The notes under the pieces: model-generated | Told to the model about the DNA's origin: nothing | Seen by the model: the letters and a program-made list of their open reading frames with translations, nothing else | Databases searched by the model: none | NCBI GenBank assembly: GCA_010909165.1 | Contig: MU008163.1 | Location: 1,364,001 to 1,428,000, forward strand | Direction of reading: 5' to 3' | Length of the DNA: 64,000 nt | DNA from: Anthoceros angustus | Taxonomy: Eukaryota; Plantae; Anthocerotophyta | Shown: positions 52,601-64,000 of the stretch, in pieces | Position numbering within the stretch: the first letter of the stretch is position 1 | Layout of the letters: each line of letters starts with the position of its first letter | Made by a program: the position numbers and the translations under genes

Positions 52601-55600
52601 ACCACATTAGGTGTCCTTCTTCCCTCACAATTTCCACGCCCACCACGTCCTAACCTCGCCTTTCTACCTCCGGCTCTTGCACCCTTGCCTTCCTAGCGCA
52701 AATCTCCACTCACTGTGACTTGAAGGAGGATTTCTCCAAGAGCGTTCACGGCTCTTACACCTCCCCAACAAATTGAGGGTCCTTTCTCCGCAATCCCTTC
52801 TCAATCTGCCACGCCCACTCTTCCCAACACTCATCCAAGCTTGGGGCAGCGTCGCCTCGACAACCGGCTCCTTCCTTTCTCTTTCTTCTTCCGCACCTTT
52901 ACTTTGCTTCTTGCTTATTTCTCCTCTGCTTGTCTAGCTTGCACCCCTTCTGCTCTGCAGTGCGTGCACGTGGCGATCGTGTGGGGATCTTCTACAGCTC
53001 TTGGCCCAAAATTGGCCTCTAATTGCACGATTTCTTATTTCGGCTTATTCACCTAATCCATTCAAAGAAACATATATAGCTATCCTATTCGCCTTGACCT
53101 TGTACTTCCTACCTGGTGAGTTATCACCTCACGGTGGTCACTCTGACGGTAGGTCTCTTGCCCTACGGTGGTGGTGACTCGCCTACCACGGTAGGTATCT
53201 CTGGTGGTAGACGACTTACCTGCAGTAGGTGACCCCTCGCTCACATTTATCACCTACTCTCCTTACCACAAGGTTGTTTTGACCTGTTTCTTCTTCCTAA
53301 GTATCCTCCCTACCTTCCTTATAGTATCCTATAACTCCAACTTCAAAACCAAAAAGTTATAGTATGTTTCCTCCATACCATTTCTAACCAAAAGTAGTTG
53401 GACTGTTCCAAAACAAACTCACTTGATCCAAGTTCAGAAAGTTAAAAGTAATTTCGTGTTTCCATATCCGTGAAGTGACGCCTTCAAAAGTTTTAAATGA
53501 AGGAAGATTGAAAACCAAGGATCACTTATATGGAAATGATGATATTTTGTAGCAAAAGTTTTAAATTTTTATAGTAGAGGGTCATATATAGTGTTAGTAA
53601 AGGGTAGAAGTTTCTTGAATGTTGATGAAAAGTGATCAATGTTATTGAGTTAAGGACCCCGATGCTTTGTATAGTCATCACTTCTTTCATTATTTTGCCA
53701 TGTCTAATTTTGTATTACTTTATGTTGGGTTACATGCTCCTCAACCAAGTTCTCTTTAAGTGGGAGCTTTTTAATGGTGATTAATTACTTTAAGTGTTTT
53801 TTTCTTAATGCTTTTAAGTAAATCTTAGTTAAGAGCTAGTTTTGCTAGACTAGTTTCTTGACCCTTTTTGGTCGAAAATCACCCCTAGTTCATAGTGAGT
53901 GGGAGTGATAAAATAGCTTACTATTAAGGCACTCTTCACTAGGGCACCTAGGACTTAATAATTTATTTAGTCCTTAGAGCACTATGTAATTTCTTCTAGT
54001 AGTTATTTAATTAGTTAGTTGTTACAACCACTTGACGGTTACAACAACCTTGCCTACATAAAGGCATGTACTTCCTATGATGAATCAATGCAACACATAT
54101 TGCTTGAGCTAGTGTATGATTCTCATCACTCCTCTCCATGACATCTCCAACATAGTGTTACCGATTTCAATGTATTTTGTGCGGGCATGAGATTTGGGAT
54201 TTGCCTCAAGAGCTAGGCGACATATTGTCACGCAGTCACGATTTAGGTGACTACTACTCCTGGTCAAGATCCTTGAGGAAGCTACGCTCCCACTCGCCTT
54301 CTTTGAGGCGTTTCGTAGCTTTATACTTTGCCTATGTGGAGGAAAGAGCTATGGAGGATTGCTTTTAAATGACCAATTCACCATGGCTGAGGAAAGAACA
54401 GTATGGGTAGAAACGGGTTTCTCCGACAAAAAGGGTTATGGCTAAAATCCGTCTTTTTTGGGCACGCGTGTTTTTTTTTCCTAGGCTTTTTTGAGGGGTT
54501 TTGCTAATTTAAATGTGGTGTTCAAACCTATGGCATCACATCTTGCATGTTCATTTGGTCACAATGTGCCACATCCATGGTTGGGCACGCGATTTTGATG
54601 GGGTGATGTGGTGGGAGGAAGACCTCGGGCCCCCAAGACTACTCTCTAGTGGCCACATTTATCCCACTATCATTGAGCACAAAAGGCTTTGTCCCATGAG
54701 ACTTCGCTTAATAAGAAACCAGCTTCTAGGGCACGAGCACACTCCTTCTCACACACCCAAACCCCTCAAACAACTAGGGTCACCACAACTCACTCTCAAG
54801 CAAGAGCCACGCCCCCTCGCTCACATTTATCACCTACTCTCCTACCATTGTAGGTCTACACCCTACAAGGGTAGGTCGCCCACACATGTAGGGACCCCCT
54901 CGCACGTGACTTCACCGCCTCCATAGTTTTGAGGACTTGGCCCACCTCCACCTCGGTTGATGCGGTTGGGACCCCCTCCCTTAGGCTCGACTTGGGCCTT
55001 CTCCTAACTCCTAAACTCTACTCCTCTCAACATTCAACCCCACACCATCCAAAATCTCAACTTAACTCATCACCATCCTCAACATTCAACTCAATGCATC
55101 ATATTTGACACTGACTCGACTCCTTATTCTCCTAGTCTAACCTCACTTCAAGCTCAACTGACTTGCCTTTCTAGCACAACCGCCTAGGGTCCGCCTACAA
55201 GCCAACAAGTTCTTCCTTGGGCAAGTTGCTGAGTTGCACGCCGGCGAGTATCTCTAGGAGTCTTTCCCTGCAACCGCCCCTCAAGTCGAGAGTTCCTCGG
55301 GCACCACCACGCACCCAAAGCAAAGCAATTTTACAACAACCATTCACAAGAGGAGCAACTGCGAGGCACTACTCCTGGTCAAGATCCTTGAGGAAGCTAC
55401 GCTCCCACTCGCCTTCTTTGAGGCGCGCCGAGCTTTATACTTTGCCTATGTGGAGGAAAGAGCTATGGAGGATTGCTTTTTAAATGACCAATTCACCATG
55501 GCTGAGGAAAGAACAGCGTATGGGTAGAAACGGGTTTCTCCGACAAAAAGGGGTTATGGCTAAAATCCCGTCTTTTTTTGGGCGAAAACGCGTGTTTGCT

Positions 55601-56967
55601 TTTTCCTAGGCTTTTTTTGAGGGGTTTTGCTAATTTAAATGTGGTGTTCAAACCTATGGCATCACATCTTGCATGTTCATTTGGTCACAATGTGCCACAT
55701 CCATGGTTGGGCACCGCGATTTTGATGGGGTGATGTGGTGGGAGGAAGACCTCAGCCCCCAAGACTACTCTAGTGGCCACATTTATCCCACTATCATTGA
55801 GCACAAAAGGCTTTGTCCCATGAGACTTGTTTAATAAGAAACCAGCTTCTAGGGCACGAGCACACTCCTTCTCACACACCCAAACCCCTCAAACAACTAG
55901 GGTCACCACAACTCACTCACAAGAGCCACGCCTCGTGACCGGTCCGCCGACACTATAACGATACCTACCATTGTAGGTCTACACCCTACAAGGGTAGGTC
56001 GCCCACACATGTAGGGACCCCCACGCAACGTGACTTCACCGCCTCCATAGTTTTGAGGACTTGGCCCACCTCCACCTCGGTTGATGCATTTGGGACCCTC
56101 CTTAGGCTCGACTTGGGCCTTCTCCTAACTCCTAAACTCTACTCCTCTACCCAACATTCAACCCCACACCATCCAAAATCTCAACTTAACTCATCACCAT
56201 CCTCAACATTCAACTCAATGCATCATATTTGACACTCGACTCGACTCATCCTTATTCTCCTAGTCTAACCTCACTTCAAGCTCACTGGCCCCTTGCCTTT
56301 CTAGCACAACCGCCTAGGGTCCTACAAGCCAACAAGTTCTTCCTTGGGCAAGTTGCTATGAGTTTGCACCAGACGAGTATCTCTAGGAGTCTTTCCTGCA
56401 ACCGCCCCTCAAGTCGAGAGTTCCTCGGGCACCACCACGCACCCAAAGCAAAGCAATTTTACAACAACCATTCACAAGAGGAGCAACCTGAGGCACTACT
56501 CGCGGGAGCAAGCCCTCCGCCAAGCACTCACCATAGCCACTTTCCCCTCTACGGACATTTTGTCACTGCATGAACAACGAAGCACCTCACATGAAGCAAG
56601 ACACTCACCACATGAGAAGCGCAATCACGGTACTTTATTTCTCGAGAACTAGTCCTCTTATATAAGACATATACATATGGCCTCTCTTAGGCCGCGCCTC
56701 CCTCCTTCTGACTTCCGGCTACACAATCTAATATCGCTTGACCTTTCCAAAAGTCTAATTAAGAGCCTCCTCGGGAACCCTTCCACACGTGTCTTTGAAT
56801 AATCCCTATAAACCTCACCCACTTGCAACCATCATGCCTTCCTCTTTAAGGCTCCATCCTACAATAGTTCTAACCACAAAGCAGCTTCCTAAGGCATCAA
56901 TTACAATTCTTAGCGAGCTAGTGTTCTTCAAGACCCTAGGGGTCTTACCCTTATCTCCCACATGTTT
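49611..56967 (-). mobile_element. Third partial copy of family C sequence plus spacer, lacking the family A solo LTR
   Basis: Collinear with ~13972-19581 + 24596-25607; local duplication ~54250-55365 / 55368-56500. Confidence 0.85.
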
Positions 56968-59955
56968 TAACAAACATAGGAGATATTTGGATTTATGTCA
57001 AGACAAATTGACATCATGTGAGCACAAAAGGAGAGAACAACACGAGAGCCTAGAATGCTTGAGTGTTCATTAAGTGAATAATAATATAAAGAGTATTGAA
57101 AATTATTTATATGTAAATAACCCTAAGTTCGCTATGCCTAGGTTACAATAAACAAGGCATATTTTAATACTCCCACATAACCTAGGCGTATCTGAATTGT
57201 GCCTAGCGTTAGGGTAATCACCCCTTAGCGTAGAATCTCTTGAAGTAGTGCGGCGCCATGTCTCGCTTGTCATGGTCAGAATAATCATACGTCACGCGCG
57301 ATCATCCGAAAAGAGTCCATGGCTACAAGGAGCGGAGCGCACTCACGGACGAGGTGAACCAGGAAACACCGTGCTCAAGAGAAAAGAACGACTGTGCCAC
57401 AAGCTAACCGTAAGCTGGAGGAACATGGAGTGGAAACCGTTTAGTTTCCAACGGTGATGTCCAGTGCGGATGGGAGATTGAGGACGGTCAGGCGTCATAG
57501 TGAGAAACAAGTTCGAGGCATCAGTGAAAGAGGAGCCCATCGTAGAGCTATTGGAGAATCAGGGACCTCTTAGAAGAATGAGGGTCCATTGGCTAAATGT
57601 CAGGAACATGCCGCGATGAGGAAGAGAAGGGAAGGAAGGCGCTGAAAAGTCTGTGGGCAAGGACTATGAAGAAGGGAAGCTCCCACAAAATGACGAAGGA
57701 CAGAGAAAACACGACTAGGTAAGGCAAAGACAAATTCATCCGTGCTTATACTTGGGCAAAGTGTGTAGGAGGATCAGAACCAATCTGTGGAACTTGTAGT
57801 GTGCCACATGGCACATCGATGGTCTGGTGGAAAGGGAAGCAGCGAAAGCGCTGTGATATGCAAACCTAAATTAAGAGCAGCTTGAAGACCTGGGGACTTA
57901 GGTCCCTACCCCCCCCCACACCCATCAGGTCAGACGATCACCTATCACCTACAATACCCTTAGAGCAGATAGCTGAAGTCCCTGAGTCCCAAGGACTCCT
58001 GCATAGTGTGTTTACGCTTGGGAAGCGCCTTCACAATACATCGCAATGTTTTCAGTAGCTTGGGACATATTCAACCTTGATTACTCCTCCGGATACGATG
58101 TCTAGGATACGGTGGTGCTCTCGAAATGTTTGGTTCTTGCATGAAAACAGCAAACCTAAATTGGTTACCAAAACTAAATCCAAACCTAAATCTGAAAATA
58201 TTTGGTTCTTGCATGAAAACAGCAAACCTAAATTGGTTACCAAAGCTGAATCCAAACCTAAATCTCAAATGTGTGGTTCTTGCATGAAAACGGCAAACCT
58301 ATATCTTGGTAGAAAAGGCCAAAAGTCGAGGATCCTTTGAGGTAACGATAAATTCTTTTAACTGCCCAGCATTCGTCCGGCTTTTCTAAGAACTATGAGG
58401 CGAAATGATCAAAAGCGATGTCCGCCTTGTCCGATTGGATATAAAATGAGGCGACCAACGGCATGCCTTTAGGGAACCTTCTCCATATCGGCAAGCTCTT
58501 CAATAGTGTTGGCACACCTGATCGTTGGTAAGTTTAACTCCCACAGAGCTTGGAGTAGAATCGGACATGCTTGATCAAGTTGGAAAGCGGTTTAGGATCT
58601 CGATCGATATTTCTTTTGATGGATAACAATCGGACCTTTGTCCCTCATTATTTAAGAATCAACACCTAGATGTAATTTTAGCTCTCCCACATCCTTCATC
58701 TCAAATTCAGAATTAACCACCGTGAGTTGACGAAGAATCCCATTGTCCCGGAGAAAAGTGTCAAAGGTATGGTTGCAAAACTCGTACCATTGTCGCGCAA
58801 GCATTTGAGTTGGCGCAGGCGCCTTTGTGCCATAAGCATCCAACATTGAAAAGGTGAAAGTTTCATTCTTTACGAGACATAGTGTATGTCCGTAAAACAA
58901 ATTGTAATCATCTGTGATTGTTAGATAATACCAAGCTCCTCCTAAAGATTGTGTTTGCGTTTACGGATATATCAGTGAACAAGATCGAGAAGATTTGCTA
59001 GCCTATATCCATGGTGTGGAAAAGGCTTCTCCTTCGCTTCGCCAAGAGACAAGCTTCACAAATAGGTAAATCTCTAAAACAAGGAGGCGATGGTTCCACA
59101 TAACAATCTTGTGTTGACATCTTGATTAGAGAATTTTTATTCACATGTCCAAGACGAGCATGCCATAATTTTGCTTGCTCAATCGATAAGTGTGTTGGAG
59201 AGGTAGATGTAACAACAAGTGCATCAGGGGCTTCATAAGTAACATCCAACCGATACAACGGGACTCCTGGCCAATGCATTGTGAGTCGGAGATATGTCGA
59301 AAAACTTCACAAGTAGTTCCAAAGAAGCAAAATTCAAAGTTGTGGTGAATTGCTAGTAGCCCCGACCGACAAGAGATTCTTCGCCATGCCGTACATACAA
59401 CTCGGGACATGCAATCGAGTTGTTAGTCATAAGGAAACGACAAGTACCAATGCCTCTTATGGGTAAGTGGTAGATCTCTGCTCATCCCCAAGTAGGACAC
59501 TGATTGGGGTCTCAATAATCGTTTGTCCTTACAGATGTGTGTAGTAGCACTAGAATCGAGGTACCAATTTCCAGGATCACTCGAAGAAGAAGAAGAAGAA
59601 TACATTCTGACCTGCTGAAGAGAGTGGTCCATTCTAAAGTGAAACGAAAGTTTGATATGAGGCAGGAAGGTTGAGCAAGAGCTGCGCAACGGCATCCTCT
59701 TCACTCATCTTGGAGCCCATATGTGTAAGTCGTGAACGGAGGTGACGAAATTTACTAGTGTGGGCAGCCACACTGTCACTCTCCCGCATCCTCAAGGCAT
59801 AGAACTCCTGTTTAAAAGCGCACAATGTCATCATTGTCTTCACTGCGTATGTGCCTTCTAGTTGATTCCAAATTTCATGAGCTTTTGTCAAATATTCCAC
59901 ATCAGGAATGAGGACGTCATCGAGTCCAGATATCTAGATTGCAACTGCAACACTA
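56968..59955 (-). mobile_element. Copia-1 3' portion (3' LTR 56968-57169 to mid-gag), with an extra ~0.47-kb deletion in gag
   Basis: TGTTT at 56963-56967, the same insertion site as 25603; collinear with 25608-30119; a short GAA tract joins directly to TACATTCTGA (29770 equivalent). Confidence 0.9.
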
Positions 59956-61075
59956 AACACGATAAAGTTGCAAGGGGTGAATATAAGGAAGCAGCAGTAC
60001 CAATGCCTCTTATGGGTAAGCTGGTAGATCTCTGTTCATCCCCAAGTAGGACCTGATTGGGGTCGAATAATCGTTTGTCCTTACAGATGTGTGTAGTAGC
60101 ACTAGAATCGAGGTACCAATTTCGGGATCACCAAGAAGAAGAAGAAGAATACATTGACTGCTTTGAAGAGAGTGGTCCATTCTAAAGTGAAACGAAAGTT
60201 TGATATGAGGCGGGAAGGTTGAGCAAGAGCTGCATAGCGGCATCCTCTTCACTCATCTTGGAGCCCATATGTGTAAGTCGTGAACGGAGGTGGCCGAAAT
60301 TTACTAGTGTGGGCGGCCCGCTGTCACTCTCCGCATCCTCAAGGCATAGAACTCCTGTTTAAAAGCGCACAATGTCATCATTGTCTTCACCGCGTATGTG
60401 CCTTCTAGTTGATTCCAAATTTCATGAGCTTTTGTCAAATATTCCACATCGGGAATGAGGGCGTCATCGAGTCCGGATATCTAGATTGCAACCGCAACAC
60501 TAAACACGATAAAGTTGCAAGGGGTGAATATAAGGAAGCAGCAGTACCAATGCCTCTTATGGGTAAGCTGGTAGATCTCTGTTCATCCCCAAGTAGGACC
60601 TGATTGGGGTCGAATAATCGTTTGTCCTTACAGATGTGTGTAGTAGCACTAGAATCGAGGTACCAATTTCGGGATCACCAAGAAGAAGAAGAAGAATACA
60701 TTGACTGCTTTGAAGAGAGTGGTCCATTCTAAAGTGAAACGAAAGTTTGATATGAGGCGGGAAGGTTGAGCAAGAGCTGCATAGCGGCATCCTCTTCACT
60801 CATCTTGGAGCCCATATGTGTAAGTCGTGAACGGAGGTGGCCGAAATTTACTAGTGTGGGCGGCCCGCTGTCACTCTCCGCATCCTCAAGGCATAGAACT
60901 CCTGTTTAAAAGCGCACAATGTCATCATTGTCTTCACCGCGTATGTGCCTTCTAGTTGATTCCAAATTTCATGAGCTTTTGTCAAATATTCCACATCGGG
61001 AATGAGGGCGTCATCGAGTCGGATATTCAGATTGCAAGCGCAACACTAAACACGATAAAGTTGCAAGGGGTGAAT
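59430..61075. repeat. Three tandem ~547-bp copies spanning the Copia-1 gag/flank junction
   Basis: Unit starts at ~59430, 59984 and 60531; ORFs 60010..60252 and 60557..60799 are identical. Confidence 0.92.
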
Positions 61076-61883
61076 ATCTGAGGAAGGGGTTTTCACAATA
61101 TACACCAAAGGGGTTTCAATGGGTTGGGGAATCGTGATCCACTAAATCGCAATTTCACACCGAAAGTAGGGTGTACACCGAGCCAAGCATCGGTTTCATG
61201 GACCCGCGGTGTGTGCATGGTATTAGGAAAGGCGAGACACTGGAAGTGTCGAAATAGAGCCCATTAACTTCCCCCCAGCCGGTCAATCGAACAAAGAGTT
61301 GGTCATTCTAGAATTTGACACCATGGTGGGCCTCAAACCCTATGCATCATGTCCCTACCGCACTCGTGAAACTTGAGAGGGTATGGAACCGACACGGAAA
61401 GGGTGGTAGAAATCATCCCTATATATGCAACTTTCACATTTTATGGGCGCTATTCATTGAGTAGGCGGCCAGCGCCACCGCCGGGCGCCACCCCGGCCGC
61501 CGGGCGCCACAGGAGGGAATTCCCCACGATCGTGTCCGCCTGAAGACATCGTCGCTGCCTCATCTTCATGGTGCAATGCTTCGCCTCATGATCTCCCGTC
61601 GCGAGGGAACAATCCTCGCCTTTAGGCTGCGATTGGGTTCCGCCATTTTGTCGGGTCCGCTACATGGTCGTTCCCCATATCTTCCACGGAAGGACTTCTC
61701 CTAATTGCCGCATAAGTTAAGGTTCCGTGGGGTCGGGTACGGCGGGATAGTTGGCGATACCACCGGCTTCAAAGTGGAATTCCACCTCCACTCCTTTTAC
61801 CTACATGCATGGTTCCCACCACGGTGATGAGAAAAGTTGGGGAAAAGCTATGCCAATGAAACCCAAACGCCTAACCTTACCTC

Positions 61884-63338
61884 CAAAGAAGCAAAATTCA
61901 AAGTTGTGGTGAATTGCTAGTAGCGGGAGATTCTTAGCCATGCCGTACATACAACTCACGGGACATGCACATCTTGAGTTGTTAGTCATAAGGAAGCAGT
62001 ACCATGTACCTCTTATGGGTAAGTGGTAGATCTCTGTTCATCCCCAAGTAGGACCTGATTGGGGTGGTCGAATAATCGTTTGTCCTTACAGATGTGTGTA
62101 GTAGCACTAGAATCGAGGTACCAATTTCGGGATCACCAAGAAGAAGAAGAAGAATACATTCTGCTTGAAGAGAGTGGTCCATTCTAAAGTGAAACGATAG
62201 ACGATATGAGGCGGGAAGGTTGAGCAAGAGCTGCAAGCGGCATCCTCTTCACTCATCTTGGAGCCCATATGTGTAAGTCGTGAACGGAGGTGGAAATTTA
62301 CTAGTGTGGGCGCCACACCACTCTCCGCATCCTCAAGGCATAGAACTCCCACTTAAAAGCGCACAATGTCATCATTGTCTTCACCGCGTATGTGCCTTCT
62401 AGTTGATTCCAAATTTCATGAGCTTTTGTCAAATATTCCACATCGGGGAATGAGGGCGTCGAGTCCGGATATCTAGATTGCAAGCGCAACACTAAACACG
62501 ATAAAGTTGCAAGGGGTGAATATACTGGGAAGGGGTTTTCATACAATATACACCAAAGGGGTTTCAATGGGTTGGGGAATCAGTGATCCACTGCATTTCG
62601 CACTTGAAAAGTAGGGTGTACACCGAGCGGCATCGGTTTCATGGACCCGCCGTGTGTGCATGGTATTAGGAAAGGCGAGACACTGTGGAAGTGTCGAAAT
62701 AGAGCCCATTAACTTCCCCAGTGCCGGTCAATCGAACAAAGAGTTGGTCATTCTAGAATTTGACACCATGGTGGGCCTCAAACCCTATGCATCATGTCCC
62801 TTGTGCCACCGAGAGGGTATGAAATGACAGGAAAGGGTGGTAGAAATCATCCCTATATATGCAACTTTCACATTTTATGGGCGTCATTCGAGTAGGCGGC
62901 CAGCGCCACCACACGGCAGCCTGGGGCGGCGCCTACACAGGAGGGAATTCCCCACGATCGTGTCCGCCCTGGAAGACATCGTCGCTGCCCTCATCTTCAT
63001 GGTGCAATGCTTCTGCCTCATGATCTCCCGTCGGCAGAGGGAACAATCCTCGTCTTAAGCTGCGATTGGGTTCCGCCATTTTGTCAGCGCGGGGTCTGCT
63101 ACATGGCTGTTCCCCATATCTTCCACGGGAAGGACTTCTCCTAATTGCCGCATATAAGTTAAGGTTCCGTGGGGTCGGTGGCACAGACGGCGGGATAGTT
63201 GGCGATACCACCGGCTTCAAAAGTGGAATTCCACCTCCACTCCTTTTACCTACATGCATGGTTCCCACCACACAGTGATGAGAAAAGTTGGGGAAAACAG
63301 CTATGCCAATGAAACCCAAACGTCTAACCTTACCTCCA
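61884..63338. repeat. Re-run of ~59320-59983 plus ~61075-61883 (direct duplication)
   Basis: At ...TTACCTCCA the sequence returns to AAGAAGCAAAATTCAAAG in Copia-1 (shared TCCA) and repeats through the right flank. Confidence 0.9.
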
Positions 63339-63840
63339 GCAGTGGGGCGGTGTGCGATTCCACCAACATTGCCGGGCCGCTGGATGGGTTGTCCGGATCG
63401 CTGCCCATATATGGAAGCCGTGCGCCTCGATTGTGGTGGGCACGCGCCATCTCGCTCTTCTCCGCCCAAACACCCAACCGTTAGCGTGTATGGATTGAAT
63501 GGCGTGCACATGTGCATTTCAATGACACGGTAGCCGCACCTCTTCGCCTTTCCGTGTGCGCCGCGTAACATCAAGGGCTACAACTCGGGGAATAGGCGCT
63601 ATGGAGAACGCTTGCAGACAATGGAACAATAGCGACCGCGTTGAAGAAAGCTACCGGAGGTCCCCAATGTCCGCCTTATAGAACAAAGATGTATGAGCAC
63701 ATAATCGGGATTGTGTGCGGCGCCGCAATGTCGAGCATTTCTTCGCCGGGCGGCGCCGCCACCTGACATCGGTGTTTAATATCGCACATGGCAAAGGGAA
63801 TCCAGATGTGGTTTACGATCCGATGCAAATACACGGATAT
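62933..63840 (-). other. Unidentified coding-like sequence, possibly a spliced gene fragment
   Basis: 213-aa open frame (62933..63574) containing a GTAAGG...CATGTAG intron candidate (~63333-63250); no recognised domain. Confidence 0.25.
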
Positions 63841-64000
63841 CAATCGTGACAAATATACCTATGCCTTATATCACATATATCACCCTTATGCCTATAAAAC
63901 CCGCAAGCCCTAATACGAAAAGAGAGCCAACTTAATCTCCGACGGCCCTTGAGTCGCAATTCTTTCCACTTGTTCACTCTGAAGTTGCGCCCGCCTCCGA

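Noticed and set aside
59951-59975. CACTA transposon start at CACTAAACACG
   Set aside because: CACTA is native Copia-1 sequence at this position (30115-30119); no subterminal repeats, transposase or matching end seen.
63500-63830. Ulp1-like protease (HIWIPF...CGYRV)
   Set aside because: Motif fragments fall in different frames and the catalytic His/Asp context cannot be established.

Overview
Eukaryotic, plant-type retrotransposon nest with no intact cellular gene and no rRNA, tRNA or CRISPR. A non-seed plant is my guess from element style; it is not proven. The sequence is indel-rich and almost every long ORF is frameshifted, consistent with an unpolished long-read assembly. Layout: (1) 3' end of a non-chromovirus Ty3/Gypsy element: integrase, PPT and a ~5.7-kb 3' LTR (1727-7398, TGTGG...CCACA, family A). 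A diverged solo copy of this LTR with a GTAGG target-site duplication (19582-24590) fixes its boundaries, and the LTR itself contains a long sense ORF. (2) Two further giant LTR-like sequences (family B from 7500; family C, minus strand, repeated) carry ORFs with the same uncharacterised domain. (3) 9960-59955 is two head-to-tail turns of a unit (family C LTR + spacer + internally deleted Copia-1) that starts and stops at the same 10 bp inside Copia-1 gag, as expected for an integrated circle or concatemer. (4) A second Copia (39616-49603) has a PBS-LTR-LTR-internal-PBS-partial LTR structure, no TSD and templated filler at its junctions, suggesting integrase-independent capture. (5) About 20 local direct duplications of 0.2-1.6 kb, many probably assembly or correction artefacts. 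Top candidate novelty: Gypsy LTRs that encode their own conserved protein.
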